Assembly: GCF_009914755.1 (NCBI RefSeq)
Contig: NC_060934.1
DNA from: the human T2T-CHM13v2.0 reference genome, Homo sapiens
DNA length: 64,000 nucleotides
Reading direction: 5' to 3' (one strand)
How positions within the stretch are numbered: the first letter of the stretch is position 1; every line of letters begins with the position of its first letter. Below are positions 59,831 to 64,000 of this stretch, one piece after another. The translations under genes and the position numbers were made by a program. Below the pieces are notes generated by a model. It saw only the letters and a program-made list of their open reading frames with translations. It searched no databases and had not been told where the DNA came from.

Positions 59831-60060
59831 ATTAAAAAGAACTGTGTCTATATCCATAATTAGTCTGTATCTATCAATTAACTCTCTATATATACATATA
59901 TATTATATATAAAATATATACACACATTGTGAGAGAGACGTATACTCACAGGTATATGGTTATATGTCTTCCTCTCTCTTATACACACACACACACACGC
60001 CCATAATTATATTATGGGTATAGACATATACCCATAATTAGTCTTGATCTATCAATCAAC

Positions 60061-60373
<313 letters not shown>

Positions 60374-60559
60374 TCAATCAACTACTTTAAAAATATTAGT
60401 AAATTTTTATGGAGACAGCTAATAAGATTCAGAAAATATATACAATATGTATATACACATAATGTGTATATATACCATATGTGTGTATCTATCTATCTAT
60501 CTATAGTCTTCAAAATGGTCATTTTCCTGCATGTTATAATGAAAGCTGGATCCCAACTC

Positions 60560-63500
60560 CTCCAGATAGACAAGTATATACTGAGAAGTTTAAGAGTCTA
60601 AAATGAATGCATAAGAATATATTCTAAAGGTATTAGGCTAAAGAAATGCAACATAATGTTGGATTGGTTCAAATTTACTCATATCAGTGCATTTATCACA
60701 AGATTCAGGACGTACTGTAACAGCAGTTAGCTTTAATAACATCCTAGGTTTGTTATTGAAGTTCAGATTCAGTGGTAGGCCACAGTCAACAAGACCCTCT
60801 CATAATCAAGTCAAAAGAGGCACATTTGGAAGTGAATTATGTCTCATGCTGGAAGAACTTCAGGGTTGCTGTCCTCTGTAACCTGCAGATGAAGTTGTAA
60901 GAGGCTGCATGGGACCTGGATCTGAAGGAAATAACCCAATCTTGTCATTGAAAAGGCCAGGCGGGGCTGCTCTTCCATCAGAAGCAAGGTAGATACATTA
61001 ACCATGATAGGTGGAAGGGTCTGTGGTGATGGGAAATTGAAGATCAGGTCCCAAGAATGAAATAATTGGGAGCATTGTTAAGATATATAAGCGGGACCGT
61101 TTTGAGTCTAATGGGCAGAAAGCTAACTCAGTTATTATCATTGTGGGAATTTTCAGACTAGCATCCACTTGACAGTCCTGGCACCTTGATTGAAGGCATT
61201 TCTATGTCTCTTTGACAAAGATCCCTGCAAAACAGCCCCATGCGTGTATTACGACTCTTCCTCTAAGCCTTCTCAGTGGGATTGGCTGTCATGCACCAAA
61301 GTGTCAGTGTGTGATGCGTAGAGAAAATGCCATGATTTTTCATTGAATATTAAATACTAGCTCTGAACTGATGTTAATACTCAAAGTCAAAACCAAACAA
61401 AACACAGTAGTCACTGGTCAGAGCAGGGGCTCACAGAGGTCAGATGAGAGGTAGAGACTTGGTCCAGCATGTTTCACAGTGAGCGTGCAAACCCAAATCA
61501 GGAGACTGAAACCTGCAGAATCTTCTTCTTGGTTTCCAGATCAGTGGAGCAAGACGTATTGGGTAGGAAAGGCCAGAAATAAGTCACTGAATGGATGCAG
61601 CCTATGTGAATAGCAAGTCAAAACTGGAACTGTGTCTTGCTAGAATTGCAGAATTAGTGCCACCGCCACATACTGGAAAGCCACAACATTTGTAGTTTTT
61701 ACGGCATCCACATTTAAATGATTTATTTGCTAGGTGCTGATCTTGGAGACTGAATGTAAATTTTTGTAAACATAAACAGGTGAGGAAGTCCATTGCAGCC
61801 AAGGTTCAGGATATGGTATATTTACTAGATAAATACCAAGTATATGGCTATTGACCTAGTAAATACTTTAATTCCCATCAGCAAAGATATTCAAAAGCAG
61901 TTCACATTCACATGGCACTGACAGAGATGCATTTCAGTGTCTCACCTTAGAAGTTTGTCAGTTCTCTTTCTCTTTGTTATAATACTGTTTGGGAGGACAT
62001 TGTTTGCCTTACTACCTAGAGTATTACACCAATCCATTGAGTTCATGGTAGTTATACTAACTAAATCTATTGAGCAGGAAGTAGCAAGTGCCCTGCATAT
62101 TTTAGTAAGGCACTTGCATGCCCAAGGACAAAAGATCGAACTCATGGAAATTCAGAAACCTGCAATACTGGTGAAGTGTCTAGTGTCCACAGTTCTTGGG
62201 TATGACAATAATTTATCTCTAAAACTAGACACCTATTGCTTCAATTTGTACAGCTCATGAAGAAACAAAATGGAGCTAATCTTATGGGGCATCTGGATTT
62301 TGGAGGCAACACAAGCTGCGTTTGGTTCTGTGTACCAATCCATTAACCAGCCCACAGTTTTAAGAGAGGCATGGAATGATAGAAGTCTCCTCTTAGAAAC
62401 AGCTCTAAGGTCCAGTGTAAGCTACTTTTCATTTGAGATGCCCGTGACAGACACAGATGTTATGTGGTTTTCTAAGAAGCTCTCATAACCCCAGGATTTT
62501 GGTGTAAGACCATACACTCTGCTACCAGCAAGTACTTTTTGGGCTTGCTTCTGGCAATTCTAATGAAGACTGAACACCTGGCCATGTCACCTGAAGTGAC
62601 TTTGATCCTAAAACCAATATCATGAAGTAAGCATCGTCTTTTGCAATCATAAGGTTGTATGTGCACAGCAGAATTCCAAGTTTCAATGGAAATCGTATGT
62701 ATAATGCAATCTGAGAACAGACATGAAAGATACAAGTAAACCTCATAGCCTGGTGCCTCAGTGCTCTCATGATACCTGTGCCTTCCCCTTTACTGCCTCT
62801 TGCTCCCTCAATCATTACACCAATTCAACAACCCAAAGTGAAATGAGAACGAAAATAGTTAAATACATAGGAATTTCATTGCCACTTTTGTCCAGTTGCA
62901 ATCTTTGGCATCACAGGGAGTTTCCAATGATCAGTTAACAGAAGAGGAAAAGCCCTGCTATAGAGATGGCTCTACCTGTTACACTGATACCAGCAGAAAG
63001 TGAATGTCAAATACAACTTCAGTTAAAAGTGGCACTCAAAAGGGTAGTGAAAGGAAAGCCTCTCAGTGAGTACAACTTCAGATTTTATATCTGGTTGTGT
63101 ATTTTGTGTATAAAGTTAAATTACTTGAAATAATCTCCAATGACCCCTAGACCATGGTTAAAGGGGTAGTCATGTTACTACAGTCTTAGCAAGGATAAGA
63201 AAACTAGCAACAAGAATATTTTTGGAAGAAGCAGGTTGGTTGGCCCTTTGGAAGTGGGCGAAGGATAGAAAGAAATTTGTTTCATGCAAATGCTTAACAG
63301 AAAGCATTCTCTGCCGAGGAGTTCTCAGTAATCAGGTGGAAAAGGTAACACAGAATGTGCCTGTCAATCAAAGCTACCCACAATTACATAATGGTTCATG
63401 AACAAAGTGATCATGGCAGCAGGATTAGACGCTTTGTGTAGGGTCAACAAAATAGAATACTACCACCAAGGTTGTTGGGTTATTGCCCCTGCTGAAGGCT

Positions 63501-64000
63501 CAGTTTTTAAAGGAGAGACGGTTACTAATTATCCTTTATGGCACTATTCCATGAAGAACTAGCCATCTACCTGGTGGCAAGTTGATTACAGCAAACTCTT
63601 TTAATTATGAAAAGAGAAGTCCTTGGTTTTACACGTTAATAGAGATTTTCCTTTATTTTCTGCAACATTTCTACCAGAATTACTATTCATCGACTTTCGA
63701 AAAGTCTTGTTAATTACTACTAACACATACCTCATTATATAGCAATAGAAAGTGCAATAGGGAACTCACACCCATGAAATTTATTGGTATTGCCAGGTAT
63801 CTTGTCACTGTGGAACAGCTGGCTTGATGGAATAATACAATGACCTACTGAAGGCTGCATTGTAATCCCAGCTAGGAGACAACATTTGTTGCTTTTGGGT
63901 TGTTGTCTTAAAGAATACTGTTTGAACCTCTAATCCACAAGCAATATATTGTGCTAGTGACGTCACAATAAGAACTGAGAAACACAGGACAGAGGTAGGG
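60560..64000 (+). mobile_element. highly decayed ERVL-type internal region (gag, protease, RT, RNase H, integrase); runs to the window end
   Basis: Protease-like 'LNTSSELMLI' (~61350, cf. LDTGSELTLI). ORF 61937 'EQEVASALHILVRHLHAQGQKIELMEIQKPAILVK' matches ERVL RT. Integrase-adjacent 'TWWQVDY' at ~63570. Many stops. Confidence 0.88.

Noticed and set aside
61937-62260. RT-like ORF as a domesticated or active retroviral gene
   Set aside because: The catalytic YIDD motif is lost and the flanks are riddled with stops and frameshifts. The same holds for 24121-24444 and 26056-26307.

Overview
This is primate, probably human, non-coding genomic DNA (intergenic or deep intronic). It is AT-rich, CpG-depleted and dominated by interspersed repeats: ten Alus, L1 fragments of several ages, L2/MIR/L3, MaLR and ERVL LTRs, three decayed ERVL-type internal regions, hAT MITEs and Hsmar1-derived MADE1. 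I cannot support any protein-coding gene, RNA gene or CRISPR array, cannot name the locus, and see no evidence of a novel multi-gene system. The ORF-track entries are chance ORFs, Alu or simple-repeat translations, or fossil retroelement fragments. The most notable unexplained structure is a recurring set of local inverted and direct micro-duplications that look like template-switch or repair scars. They are: a perfect 36-bp-arm hairpin (6905-6984); a 156-bp inverted copy with a 13-bp flanking direct repeat (47134-47289 vs 48025-48187); a 65-bp inverted copy plus snap-back hairpins (59767-60450); and a palindromic AT-rich VNTR (34436-34946). Repeat family names come from my recall of consensus sequences, and boundaries of old elements are approximate; RepeatMasker/Dfam should confirm them.
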